Positions 15,943 through 25,225 of a stretch of DNA of 64,000 bases are shown piece after piece. The notes below the pieces were generated by a model, which saw only the letters and a list, made by a program, of their open reading frames with translations, searched no databases and was not told the origin of the DNA. Location of the stretch: contig SVQK01000110.1 in NCBI GenBank assembly GCA_015065385.1, positions 3,902-67,901 on the forward strand, written 5' to 3'. Both the position numbers and the translations under genes were made by a program. How positions within the stretch are numbered: position 1 is the first letter of the stretch; every line of letters begins with the position of its first letter. Source of the stretch: Oscillospiraceae bacterium. Lineage in GTDB: Bacteria; Bacillota; Clostridia; Oscillospirales; CAG-272.

Positions 15943-17754
15943 TCAGAGCGTGATCCCGTCAATCTCCTCCGTCAGGCGGCAAATCTCGTCGATCACAGAG
16001 CCGATGTAGTCGATCGTCGTATTGAGCGGACCGTCCGTCGTGATATCGACCCCGGCGATCCCCGCGAGTTCCACGGGATTCTTCGTGCCTCCTGCGGATA
16101 GGAAGTTCTTCCAGTCGTCCACTGCCGGCTGACCCTCTTTTTGAATGCGGAGCATGGATTGAGTGGCCACCATGAGGCCCGCGCTGTAGGTATAGGAATA
16201 GAGTCCCATGTAGTAGTGAGGCTGCCGCATCCACGTCAGCTCCGCACCTTCCGGGATCTCCACGTCCTCCCCCCAGAACAGTTCGAGATTCTTGCGGAAC
16301 AGGTCGGAAAGAAGTTCCGCGTTCACGCTCCCGCCCTGATCGATGATCTTGTAAACCTCACGCTGATACCACGCTTCTCTGAGGTGCGTGACGAAATTGT
16401 GGTAATAGGTATTCGAAATCAGGCTCGAGAGTACCCAGCGGCGGAATCGCCTGTCCTCCTTCGTCTTCGTCAGATGGTGCGCAAGCAGCAGTTCGTTCAT
16501 CGTGGAGGGAGCTTCCACAAGATAGGAGGAGGGATCGGAGTCGTAATAAGACTGCGCGCGGTCGCCGTACATGGACTGACCCGCGTGTCCGAGTTCGTGC
16601 GCGATCGTAAACACGTCGGACATGCGGTTGTTCCAGTTGAGCAGGATATAGGAGTTCTGCCTGAACACGTCCGCGCAGAAACCGCCCGTGCTTTTTCCGA
16701 CGTTCTTCGCAAAGTCGATCCAGCGTTCCCCGTATGCGCGGTCAACCATATCCGCATAATCGTCCCCAAGGATGGACAGGGCTTCCCTCACGATCTGCCG
16801 GGATTCCCCGATCGTGACCTTAGGATCGTACTCCGGGTCAACCGCGATCTTGAGATCGGCAAAGGTCACCTGATCGAGACCGTTTTTCCTGCCGAGGAGC
16901 TTGGCGTACCGGCGCATATGCGGGGCAAGTTTTTCCGTGATGACATCGATCTGCCGGTCGTACATCTCCCGCGTCACCTTCTGGCTGAAAAGGAGACTTG
17001 AAAACACATCGCCGAATCCGCGCAGCTCGGACAGGATCTTCTCCTGCGTAACGCACGCATTATACGCTGCCGCGGTGGTGTTCTCGTATTTTTTCAGGGT
17101 TGAATAAAATGCCCGGAACGCCGCTCTTCTCACGTCGGTATCCGCTTCCAGCTCATAGTCATCCTCAAAGAGAGAGTAGCCGAGAGGATATTCCTTCCCG
17201 CGCACCGTAAAGGGATCGAAGGAGATGTCGGCGAGTTTCATCGTATTGTAGACGGTGTAGGGCAGATCGAAAGACTTACCGAGCGCGGCCAGCGTCTTTT
17301 CGGTCTCGGGCGAAAGCATGTGCGCTTTCTTCTCGATCAGGTCTTCGAGATATCTTTTGCAGCCCTTTGCCGCCTCCACCGCCGATTTGAGCTCGTCTTC
17401 CGGCGCAAGAAGAATCTCACTGTCCACGAATGCGAGCTCGCTTTCCATGCGGGTAATTTCGTCACTCACCTTTTCCTCGCGTTCGCGCAGTCCGTTGTCC
17501 GTGTAATCCGCCTCCATCGCCAGACCCGCGTAGTTCCACAGCCGGGAGAAGGATACAAGGATCGGCTCCATTGCGTCGAGACAGCCCACGATGTTCCCCG
17601 CGTCTGTCAGATTGCCCTTATAGGTTTCGGACAGGCTTTTCACCGCGGCTTTCGTTCTTTCGAGTTCCTCCCACATGAGCGCTTCTTCCGAAAAAATCAG
17701 GGACAGGTCCCACGTCTCCTCGATCGGTACATCTTTGCGTGCGAGCAGTTCCAT
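15943..17754 (-). CDS. pepF: Oligoendopeptidase F (M3B)
   Basis: HELGHAGQ zinc motif and ~600 aa length. Start moved to MELLARKDVPIEETWDL (ATG 17754, AAGAGGA RBS). Confidence 0.9.
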   Translation of the reverse strand: MELLARKDVPIEETWDLSLIFSEEALMWEELERTKAAVKSLSETYKGNLTDAGNIVGCLDAMEPILVSFSRLWNYAGLAMEADYTDNGLREREEKVSDEITRMESELAFVDSEILLAPEDELKSAVEAAKGCKRYLEDLIEKKAHMLSPETEKTLAALGKSFDLPYTVYNTMKLADISFDPFTVRGKEYPLGYSLFEDDYELEADTDVRRAAFRAFYSTLKKYENTTAAAYNACVTQEKILSELRGFGDVFSSLLFSQKVTREMYDRQIDVITEKLAPHMRRYAKLLGRKNGLDQVTFADLKIAVDPEYDPKVTIGESRQIVREALSILGDDYADMVDRAYGERWIDFAKNVGKSTGGFCADVFRQNSYILLNWNNRMSDVFTIAHELGHAGQSMYGDRAQSYYDSDPSSYLVEAPSTMNELLLAHHLTKTKEDRRFRRWVLSSLISNTYYHNFVTHLREAWYQREVYKIIDQGGSVNAELLSDLFRKNLELFWGEDVEIPEGAELTWMRQPHYYMGLYSYTYSAGLMVATQSMLRIQKEGQPAVDDWKNFLSAGGTKNPVELAGIAGVDITTDGPLNTTIDYIGSVIDEICRLTEEIDGITL

Positions 17755-17918
17755 CCGTATTCCTCTTTCCCGCCGAATCCGGCGTTTATTCTCCGCGCCG
17801 CTGAACCGCATCCCCTTTTTTGCGTTCAGCGGTACAATTCTGTCGCTGTTATTATACAGATAAATCGGCGCGGTGTCAACAGAAAAAGCCCGGCGTTTTC
17901 AGCCGGACTCTTCCCTTT

Positions 17919-19244
17919 TCAGGCTTCGATCCCGCATATCGGTTCGATCTCGTACCCCTGCGACCGGATCCAGTCAATGAGCTCGGGCAGCACCGCCGCG
18001 TTGGTGGACGATTCCGCGTGAAGCAGATACACGCATCCGGGATGCAGATGGCTTTTCAGCGTGTTCAGCGCGTCGTCATAATTCCACTGGTTGTTTACAT
18101 CGTAATCGTAATAGGTGTAAGACCACATCACGGTGCGATACCCGAGCTTCGCTTCCAGCCGGAGCAGCCACTCGTTGACGGCGCCTTCCGGAGGACGGAA
18201 AAACACCATATCCGGCGCGTCCGGGAACAGGGCTTTATAATCCTGCTCCACCTGCCTCATTTCGTCGATCGCCTGATCCACGGTAAGGGACGTCATATCG
18301 GGATGCGTGTTCGTATGACTTCCCACGATATGCCCTTCGTCCAGCATCCGTTTGATCAGATCGTACTGGGAACGGACATAGGGCCCGGTGAGGAAGAAGG
18401 TTCCCGGCGCTTCCTTATCCCGCAGAGCATCCAGGATGGAGGAGGTCGTGCCGTATTCATATCCGCAGTCAAAGGTCAGGTAACAGACCTTCCGCGTCTC
18501 GTCTCCGCGGTAGATCGCCCCGTACCTGTTCAGGACATCCTTCGTCGAATCCCAGCGATCCCAGTAGTAGGTGACCTCCCCTGTCGTCTCGTCGTAGAAC
18601 ACCTTGCCCTGAAACCAGTTATCCTTCGCCGGCGCTTTGTTCGCGTCATCGAGGCGCACACACGGGAAGGAGTACATCTCGTCAAGGGTCGCCGTGCCGG
18701 AGGTGTTCCGTGCGGGAAAGTCGTAGCGGTAGATGCCGTTTTCCTTCCACCAGCGGATCGCTCCGAACGGAGAGAGGGAGTTCACGGTTTCCTGCGCTGT
18801 CCCGCCGGTCTCCTCTTCCGCTGGATCGGCGTCAGGAACGGTAACGGGAGGTTCCTTCTCCGGCAAGGGCTCTTCCCAAACAGAGGGAGCAGGCAGTCCC
18901 TCCGCCGATGAAGTGTCCTCGGGAACGTAAGGTTCTTCTCCCTTTGAAGGCTCTTCCGGCGGTTCCGGTTCCGGGGAGGTGATCGGGTCTTCCGGCTTCG
19001 AAGGTACCTCCTCAATCGACGCGGCATCGTCCTCCTGATCCATCATCACGGGTACAGGGGACGCTTCCTCTTCGGCGCTGCTCTTCCACTGCTCGACAGA
19101 AGTATTCTCCCCATCTTCCGTAATCCGGCCAACGCCGCCGTTTTCATCCGGGGTATCCGCGTAGGGATTGACAATTCTCGAATAACAGGATGAAGACAAA
19201 AACAGAATAACAAATACAAGAGCAATCCAGCGGTTCCGCCTCAT
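17919..19244 (-). CDS. Polysaccharide deacetylase (NodB homology; PdaA-like) with signal/lipoprotein-like N-terminus and a Pro/Glu-rich linker
   Basis: YLTFDCGYEYG..., GTFFLTGPYV and GHIVGSHTNTHPDM motifs. N-terminus is MRRNRWIALVFVILFLSSSC. Confidence 0.85.
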   Translation of the reverse strand: MRRNRWIALVFVILFLSSSCYSRIVNPYADTPDENGGVGRITEDGENTSVEQWKSSAEEEASPVPVMMDQEDDAASIEEVPSKPEDPITSPEPEPPEEPSKGEEPYVPEDTSSAEGLPAPSVWEEPLPEKEPPVTVPDADPAEEETGGTAQETVNSLSPFGAIRWWKENGIYRYDFPARNTSGTATLDEMYSFPCVRLDDANKAPAKDNWFQGKVFYDETTGEVTYYWDRWDSTKDVLNRYGAIYRGDETRKVCYLTFDCGYEYGTTSSILDALRDKEAPGTFFLTGPYVRSQYDLIKRMLDEGHIVGSHTNTHPDMTSLTVDQAIDEMRQVEQDYKALFPDAPDMVFFRPPEGAVNEWLLRLEAKLGYRTVMWSYTYYDYDVNNQWNYDDALNTLKSHLHPGCVYLLHAESSTNAAVLPELIDWIRSQGYEIEPICGIEA

Positions 19245-19377
19245 GGGGAGCCCCCTTCCTTTATCGATTCGACCATTAGACGCCGGAGGAAGGCAGGAAG
19301 TTCCGGATTTTTAAGGATTTTTTCTCCGCCCCAAAAATCCGGTCCCCTTTCCCCTTTTTTGTGCCGATCCGCTGCAT

Positions 19378-20391
19378 TCAGAAATACAGTCTCCGGATCG
19401 TGTCGCGGGCAGCGTAATACGCCTTTTTCGGAACACAGTTCACATCGCACAGGCCCCAGTAACACTCCGCCGGACAGTTCTCATGATGGCAGTGCCAGCA
19501 GGTCACGGCGTCGGAGAAGCAGAACATGAAGTTTCCCATCACATGCGGATACTCCGCGAAGATTTCCAGCCCGCGCGCCATATACGCCGCCTGCACATCC
19601 TCGTTGTGACCGCCTGGCATTTCATTGCACCATGCGTGGTGGTAGCACACCGGTTCGAGCTTCTCCGGGTTGTCCGGGCAGTCGGACAGTTCATCGGGCG
19701 TCAGGGTCGCTCCGCCGGAGGAGTACCCCCATTCGTTCACAAGGATCGGCATACCGAAGGCGTCCCACATACCGTCGAGCACGGCGGGCCAGTCCTCCAC
19801 CGAGCCGCCCTGCCAGGAACCGAAATACTGATCGTCTCCGACATAGCCGAAGGGATGATCCCCCCGGAAGAGCTTCTCCCCGACCCGGCGGCTTTCCTCG
19901 CGCCAGGAGGCGAAATTCGTTCCGCAGCACGCTCCCGGATTCGCGTCCATCACGCCCCGCGCGCTCTCCCGGCACGCTTCGACGCAGATATCCGTGGGGA
20001 TATTCCCGGAAAAGGTCGGGATGTCCAGCTCGTTCATGCACTGCCAGAGCAGCGGCGCCGCATCCCCGAGATCTTCCGCCATGAAGGCTGTCGCGTACCG
20101 TACGTTTCTGAAAAACTCCGGCGTCCCGATCTTCCCGCAGATCTCCTCGGGATAGCCGAAGATCGTCGGCGTGGACGGCATGACCTTGAGTCCCGCGTCA
20201 TGGGCGGAGCGGATCTTTGCTTTCACCGCCTCCCAGCGCGGGCTGATCTTTCCGTTCATGTCGTCCTCCCACGGAAACGGAACGTTCAGCCGGATCCAGT
20301 CCGTGCCGAGTTCCTTCACCAGATCCCACCGTTCCAGCGGCGAATAGGCGTACACCACGCCGCGGATTCTGTCTTTCGTCGGGATTTCCAT
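19378..20391 (-). CDS. Putative clan GH-A (TIM-barrel) glycoside hydrolase with a Cys-rich C-terminus
   Basis: WQCMNELD (acid/base NE-like) and ILVNEWGYSS (nucleophile-like) spacing is typical of clan GH-A. GGAGGAGG RBS. The family is not assignable by eye. Confidence 0.55.
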   Translation of the reverse strand: MEIPTKDRIRGVVYAYSPLERWDLVKELGTDWIRLNVPFPWEDDMNGKISPRWEAVKAKIRSAHDAGLKVMPSTPTIFGYPEEICGKIGTPEFFRNVRYATAFMAEDLGDAAPLLWQCMNELDIPTFSGNIPTDICVEACRESARGVMDANPGACCGTNFASWREESRRVGEKLFRGDHPFGYVGDDQYFGSWQGGSVEDWPAVLDGMWDAFGMPILVNEWGYSSGGATLTPDELSDCPDNPEKLEPVCYHHAWCNEMPGGHNEDVQAAYMARGLEIFAEYPHVMGNFMFCFSDAVTCWHCHHENCPAECYWGLCDVNCVPKKAYYAARDTIRRLYF

Positions 20392-20461
20392 GATTTGCCT
20401 CCTCCGTCCTACGCGTTCATTCCATTTTCCATCTTCCTGAGCCTGAACCCTTTTGCTGCAT

Positions 20462-21244
20462 TCAGAAGGTCGCCTTCAGCCAACCGAGCAGGAGTCCTCC
20501 CCACTGGCCGACGGAGGGATCGCCCGCCGCCAGTCCGAGACCGTGCCGTCCGCGGGGAAATACATGGACTTCGTGGGGGATCCCGTGCTCCCGAAGCGCC
20601 GCGGCATACCGATAGGTGTGGATCACGTTCACCACCGGATCATCCGAAGTGTGCCAGAGGAACGCGGGCGGAGTATTGTCCGTCACGTTCAGATCGGGGG
20701 AAGCCGCAGGCAGATTCTCCTCCGTCCCGCCGAGCAGGCAGTTCGTCAGCCAGAGTTGCGCGCCCTCCTCAAAGGGCTTTGCGACGACGCCGTAACAGGA
20801 GATCGTCGCGTCCGGACGGCAGTCTTCCCGATCGATTTCATCCGAATTCTCTCCCTCGATCGCCCCGAACCATGTGGACACCATCGCGGCGAGGTGTCCG
20901 CCCGCGGAAGAGCCCATCACGGCGATCTTGCGGGGATCGATCCCGAATTCGGCGGCTCCGTGCCTCACGATCCGAACGGAACGGCGTGCGTCCGCGAGAG
21001 GCCACGGGAAGAGCGGCTTCCTGTTGACCCTGTATTTGCAGACAAAGGCGTGATATCCCGCCGCCGCGAGAAAGTCCGCGTACCCTTTGCCCTCATGTTC
21101 CGCGAGATGGGTGTAGGCTCCCCCGGGAAAGATCACGACAGCCGCGTCCTTTACGGAGGAGGGATCCGGCGCATAGTATTCAAGGGAGGGTTCCGCTCCC
21201 TCCGTCGGTCCGGGGATGTTGTCCCACATTCTGATTTTTGTCAT
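20462..21244 (-). CDS. Alpha/beta hydrolase (esterase/deacetylase-like)
   Basis: VVIFPGGAY oxyanion region and GSSAGGHLAA nucleophile elbow (GxSxG). 260 aa. Confidence 0.8.
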   Translation of the reverse strand: MTKIRMWDNIPGPTEGAEPSLEYYAPDPSSVKDAAVVIFPGGAYTHLAEHEGKGYADFLAAAGYHAFVCKYRVNRKPLFPWPLADARRSVRIVRHGAAEFGIDPRKIAVMGSSAGGHLAAMVSTWFGAIEGENSDEIDREDCRPDATISCYGVVAKPFEEGAQLWLTNCLLGGTEENLPAASPDLNVTDNTPPAFLWHTSDDPVVNVIHTYRYAAALREHGIPHEVHVFPRGRHGLGLAAGDPSVGQWGGLLLGWLKATF

Positions 21245-21288
21245 GACGTGATTCCTTTCATCGTAGTCACAGGTCGGCTGCCGTGTTT

Positions 21289-24200
21289 TTACCTGATGGA
21301 TCGGAGCGTGTCCAGCAGCTCGTCCGCTTTGGCAATGAGAGGATCAAAGCGGCGCTTCCTCTCCGCGGCGGAAGGCTCCAGATAGGACAGATAGGCGGGC
21401 TGAGAGGCATAGTAGCCGCTGTCCTCCTTGTTCCGCTCCGCAATCCATTCGGCTTTTTTCTTCTCCAACAGCGCACGCGCGTCCTCTGGGCGTCCAAGCT
21501 CCATGTACAGACGGGCGCGGAGCGGGATGTCGGGGGAGGCGTCCGCCACATGGGCAATGACGGCATCGGCGGCCTGAGCCTCATCGGGCGTGCCGATCGC
21601 CTTCCGGCATTCCGCTTCTCCGAGGATCGCGCGAAGGAACGGACCTTCACCGCCGATGGATCCGTCCAGCCAGTCCGGGATGGATTTCGCGGCGGCGTAG
21701 GCGTCCTTTGCTCCGGCTATGTCCCCGGAGGAACGCAGTTTGTCTCCCAGAGCGCACTGAGCGTCGATGTAGCGCATGGCAATGGCGGCTTCGCTCCCTT
21801 CGCCCGGGCGGAAGTGATGCGTTCGGAGCAGGTTCAGGGCGGATTCCGGTTCCCCTCCGCGGCTCCAAGCCCGGCAGAGTTCCATCGCCGTGTCATCGCG
21901 CAGATCGTTCACGTCGGTATGCGCCAGAATCAGGTCCGCCGTCTGACGGGGATCCTCTCCCTCGGTGTTCATGAGATACGCGCATTCCCATACCAGAGCT
22001 TTCAGCTCGGTCGTGTCCTCGTCGGCACAGAAGGGGGATGCGGAGATCGCCTGCTTCAAAAGTGCGACAGCCTCTTTCCGGTTCCCTTTCCGCCAGAAGC
22101 AAAGCGCCCGCCCTCTTAGAGACCCCCGGTGCGTGTCATCCGTCCAGAGCGCTTCCGCCTCCTCATACCGCCTCTGTCCAAAGCGCAGAACGCCCAGCAG
22201 GTATCTGGCGTAAAGGTCTTGACGATCTTCTTCCAAAGCCCTTTCCAGCGCGGCGGCTTCGGCAGGCCGGTGCGGAAAGCGGCGTCCCACGGAGAGACGG
22301 GCGGGCTTCCGTCCGGCCAGATAGTACAGCATGGCGGAGCAGTCGGGATGGCGGCGAATGGCGGATTCCAAAAGGCGGGCAGCCTCTTTGACCAGTCCGG
22401 CCTCTCCGAAGTCCGCCGCGATGTCCAGCACGGTTTCGTCCATCCGGGCGACGGAGGCAAAGAAAGCGTCCTCCTCCATCGCGCCGGCACAGACCAAAGC
22501 CCACCCCAGATCGCTGTCCGGGGCGGATCCGGCTTCAGGCGGGAAAGGAAGCGGCTTTCCGAGGCGATATGCGGCCATGGTCAGGATGGATTTTGCCTGA
22601 GCGTCCGCCCCTCGCCTCACCGCTTCACCGGCCAGCTGTTCCGCCTCCGCGAAATCCCCTCGGCGGCAGGCCAGAATGGCGGCGCGGGTCAGGGCTTCGG
22701 GGGCGGTATCCCGGCTCCATGCAGATTTGCGGTACCGATCATAAGCCTCCCCGAACCGCCCCTGCCGCTCCAGAGCAAGCCCCATGAGATAGGTCGCCCT
22801 TCCGGATTCGGGATTCTGGTTCATGGCGTTCAGGCGGGCGATCGCCCCGTTCAGCTCCTCCTCCGCCTGAGCGTACAATCCTCGCGCGATATGGCATTCA
22901 GCCAGAGACAGGGCGGCGGGCACCAAAGCGGGATCCAGTTCCAGCGCGCGGCGGAAATAGACCTCGGCGTCCGACCGGGGATCCCGATACTGGATCAGAT
23001 GCTCGCCCAGATTGTACGCCTCGAAGGGGGACTTTACGTCAGCGGGCAGCGGATAGCCGCGGATGATGCGGGGCTCCTGACCGGGAAAGACTTTGTCGGT
23101 GTAGAGGCAGATTTCCTCCCCGCCGTCCAGAACGCGGACGGTCCAGACCTCTCCCTCCCGCACCGGGCGGCGCAGATCGAAGTTCAGCAGGGCGGGTTCC
23201 TCACAGCTCCCCGCGGTGTCAAGGAGGATCTCGCCGCCGACTTTGACGGTCACATGAAGATCGCCGACCGGACGCGTGGTCTGGAGCGTCAGCCCATCCC
23301 TCTCCACGCGCACCGCGCAGGTCAGGTTCGCGTAATCCGGGATCCCGGTCTTCATCAGCGGGATCCAATACTGGCTGAAGGATTTCGTCTCGTAAGGCTC
23401 CAGCCATGTGAAATCCGGCTGGTTGTCGGTATAGGTGCCGGCCATGAGCTCGCAGTAGGGACCGTCCGTATCCGTGAGCTTATTCTCCCAGTCCCTTGCG
23501 TTCTGGTCCTGCCCCCAGGTGAACATTTTCTTGCCGGGAGCGATGTGGCGATCCGCCACATGCATGACCCCCGCCCCGATCCCCTCGTCATAGCCGCCGA
23601 AGAAGTCAAAGCGGGAGGGGGCGGCGAAATAGGAGGTGGCGTGCGGAGCGTTGGCGATGAGGGAGATGTCCGTGCCCTCCCCGAAGTCGCACCCGCCGTA
23701 GTTCCCCTTAGCCACGGGCCAAGAGGCGGAGCAGGAGCGATAGTGATGAACTACATGATCGACGTCATGGGGGAAGAAGAGGCGGTAACGGTCGTTGACG
23801 GAAACGGCGGCGTTCTCCCACCACAGGAAGGGATGGCGCAGTTCCGTCCGGTTGGTGACCCGCACCGCCGTTTCAAGGAACATCCGGTCGGGATACAGAC
23901 GGACTCCCACGGTGCCCCGCATGCGATAGAAGGGATCGGAGTCGGAGAGCCAGACCGTGGCCGAGCCGTCCTCCCCTTCTTCCACGGACCAGTCGGCAGG
24001 CATGTAGGTGGCGGGCCGGTGATGGAAGGGCCAGTTGAACTCCACGCCGCCGGAGATCCAGGAGCCCAGATCCCCGATGAGGGCGGGCTTGATCACATGC
24101 TGTCGGTAAAAGAGGTCGCAGCCGTTCCGTTTGTCCCGCGCGGAGAAGATCCGGCCTCCTAAAGCGGGGAGAACGGTGACCTCCAGCCAGCGGTTTTCGA

Positions 24201-24396
24201 GCGTCACGGCGGTGTAATCCGTGTCAGCCGCCACTTCCGAGCACGGAGCCGAGGTGACGGCGTTGGGGAACGGATTGCCCGACGTGCCCTGATGATTCCG
24301 GGTCTCGGCGAACATGGGGAGCGTTTCGTAATCCGATTCCGGATAAGTGGGAATGGTCAGCGTGCCGATTCGGACCGATACTTTGCTTTTTTCCAT
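21289..24396 (-). CDS. DUF5107-like N-terminal domain protein with C-terminal TPR repeats
   Basis: N-terminus TLTIPTYPESDYETLPMFAETRNHQGTSGNPFP resembles the DUF5107 family as I recall it. The C-terminal half is A/L/R-rich with TPR-like periodicity. Confidence 0.6.
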   Translation of the reverse strand: MEKSKVSVRIGTLTIPTYPESDYETLPMFAETRNHQGTSGNPFPNAVTSAPCSEVAADTDYTAVTLENRWLEVTVLPALGGRIFSARDKRNGCDLFYRQHVIKPALIGDLGSWISGGVEFNWPFHHRPATYMPADWSVEEGEDGSATVWLSDSDPFYRMRGTVGVRLYPDRMFLETAVRVTNRTELRHPFLWWENAAVSVNDRYRLFFPHDVDHVVHHYRSCSASWPVAKGNYGGCDFGEGTDISLIANAPHATSYFAAPSRFDFFGGYDEGIGAGVMHVADRHIAPGKKMFTWGQDQNARDWENKLTDTDGPYCELMAGTYTDNQPDFTWLEPYETKSFSQYWIPLMKTGIPDYANLTCAVRVERDGLTLQTTRPVGDLHVTVKVGGEILLDTAGSCEEPALLNFDLRRPVREGEVWTVRVLDGGEEICLYTDKVFPGQEPRIIRGYPLPADVKSPFEAYNLGEHLIQYRDPRSDAEVYFRRALELDPALVPAALSLAECHIARGLYAQAEEELNGAIARLNAMNQNPESGRATYLMGLALERQGRFGEAYDRYRKSAWSRDTAPEALTRAAILACRRGDFAEAEQLAGEAVRRGADAQAKSILTMAAYRLGKPLPFPPEAGSAPDSDLGWALVCAGAMEEDAFFASVARMDETVLDIAADFGEAGLVKEAARLLESAIRRHPDCSAMLYYLAGRKPARLSVGRRFPHRPAEAAALERALEEDRQDLYARYLLGVLRFGQRRYEEAEALWTDDTHRGSLRGRALCFWRKGNRKEAVALLKQAISASPFCADEDTTELKALVWECAYLMNTEGEDPRQTADLILAHTDVNDLRDDTAMELCRAWSRGGEPESALNLLRTHHFRPGEGSEAAIAMRYIDAQCALGDKLRSSGDIAGAKDAYAAAKSIPDWLDGSIGGEGPFLRAILGEAECRKAIGTPDEAQAADAVIAHVADASPDIPLRARLYMELGRPEDARALLEKKKAEWIAERNKEDSGYYASQPAYLSYLEPSAAERKRRFDPLIAKADELLDTLRSIR

Positions 24397-24570
24397 GAAT
24401 ACCCTCCTTCATACCGGACCTGCGGCCGGGAGAGAGCACTCCCCGAAGCCTCAGCCCGCGTTCATACAACCCTCGATCTGCCTGAATCCCCCTTCTCCGT
24501 CAGGTCGGACTCAGCCGAGATACCCCTGTATCATGATTCACAAAAACCGCCGATTCTGTTGAAGAAAACC

Positions 24571-25137
24571 CTACCTGCGCCGTCTGTTCATCCGGTAACC
24601 AAGCACAGCTCCGACTGCTCCTCCGAGAATATGCGTCAGATTCGAGACATTGTCCCGGACGAAGATCCCTTCATATACCTGCTGACCGATAAAAATCAGA
24701 ACGACAAGAATCAGCGTAGCCGGCACTTCCCCTTCCCGGAAGCCGGCGAAGGATGTCAAAAGGATCAGGGCAAAGACGATTCCGCTGGCGCCGCACAGGC
24801 TCGTTCCGGGGAACAGGACAAAGTGGACGATCCCCGTGACAACTGCCGTGATGCCAATGACGCCGAGGAGTTTCTTCGAACCGTATTTTTCCTCGAGCGC
24901 AGGCCCTAACAGCAGGAGATAGGACATATTCCCGATATAGTGCTCCCAGCCGGAATGCCCGAGCACATGTGTGAAAAACCGAAGGTATGTCAACGGATCC
25001 GCCAAGGAAGAACGGTGGACCGAAAACAGGAGCCGATTTGCCGCGCCTGCCGTAAGAAAACCGAGTACCAACGCGGCGAGACTTGCGGCCGCAAAGCCCA
25101 GAACGACCGGAGAATTGAACGTGATTTTTGTTTTCAC
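24571..25137 (-). CDS. Rhomboid family intramembrane serine protease
   Basis: GASGIVFAL (GxSG) and HILGGAVGAVLG motifs in a multi-TM 188-aa protein. GTG start with GAAGGGAGA RBS. Confidence 0.85.
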   Translation of the reverse strand: MKTKITFNSPVVLGFAAASLAALVLGFLTAGAANRLLFSVHRSSLADPLTYLRFFTHVLGHSGWEHYIGNMSYLLLLGPALEEKYGSKKLLGVIGITAVVTGIVHFVLFPGTSLCGASGIVFALILLTSFAGFREGEVPATLILVVLIFIGQQVYEGIFVRDNVSNLTHILGGAVGAVLGYRMNRRRR

Positions 25138-25225
25138 TGCGCGGATCTCCCTTCACTCGGTAAATAAACAGAACTTTCGGACAACGACGAGTCGCCGTTC
25201 CGACTGCGGAGGCGATAGAGTGGAT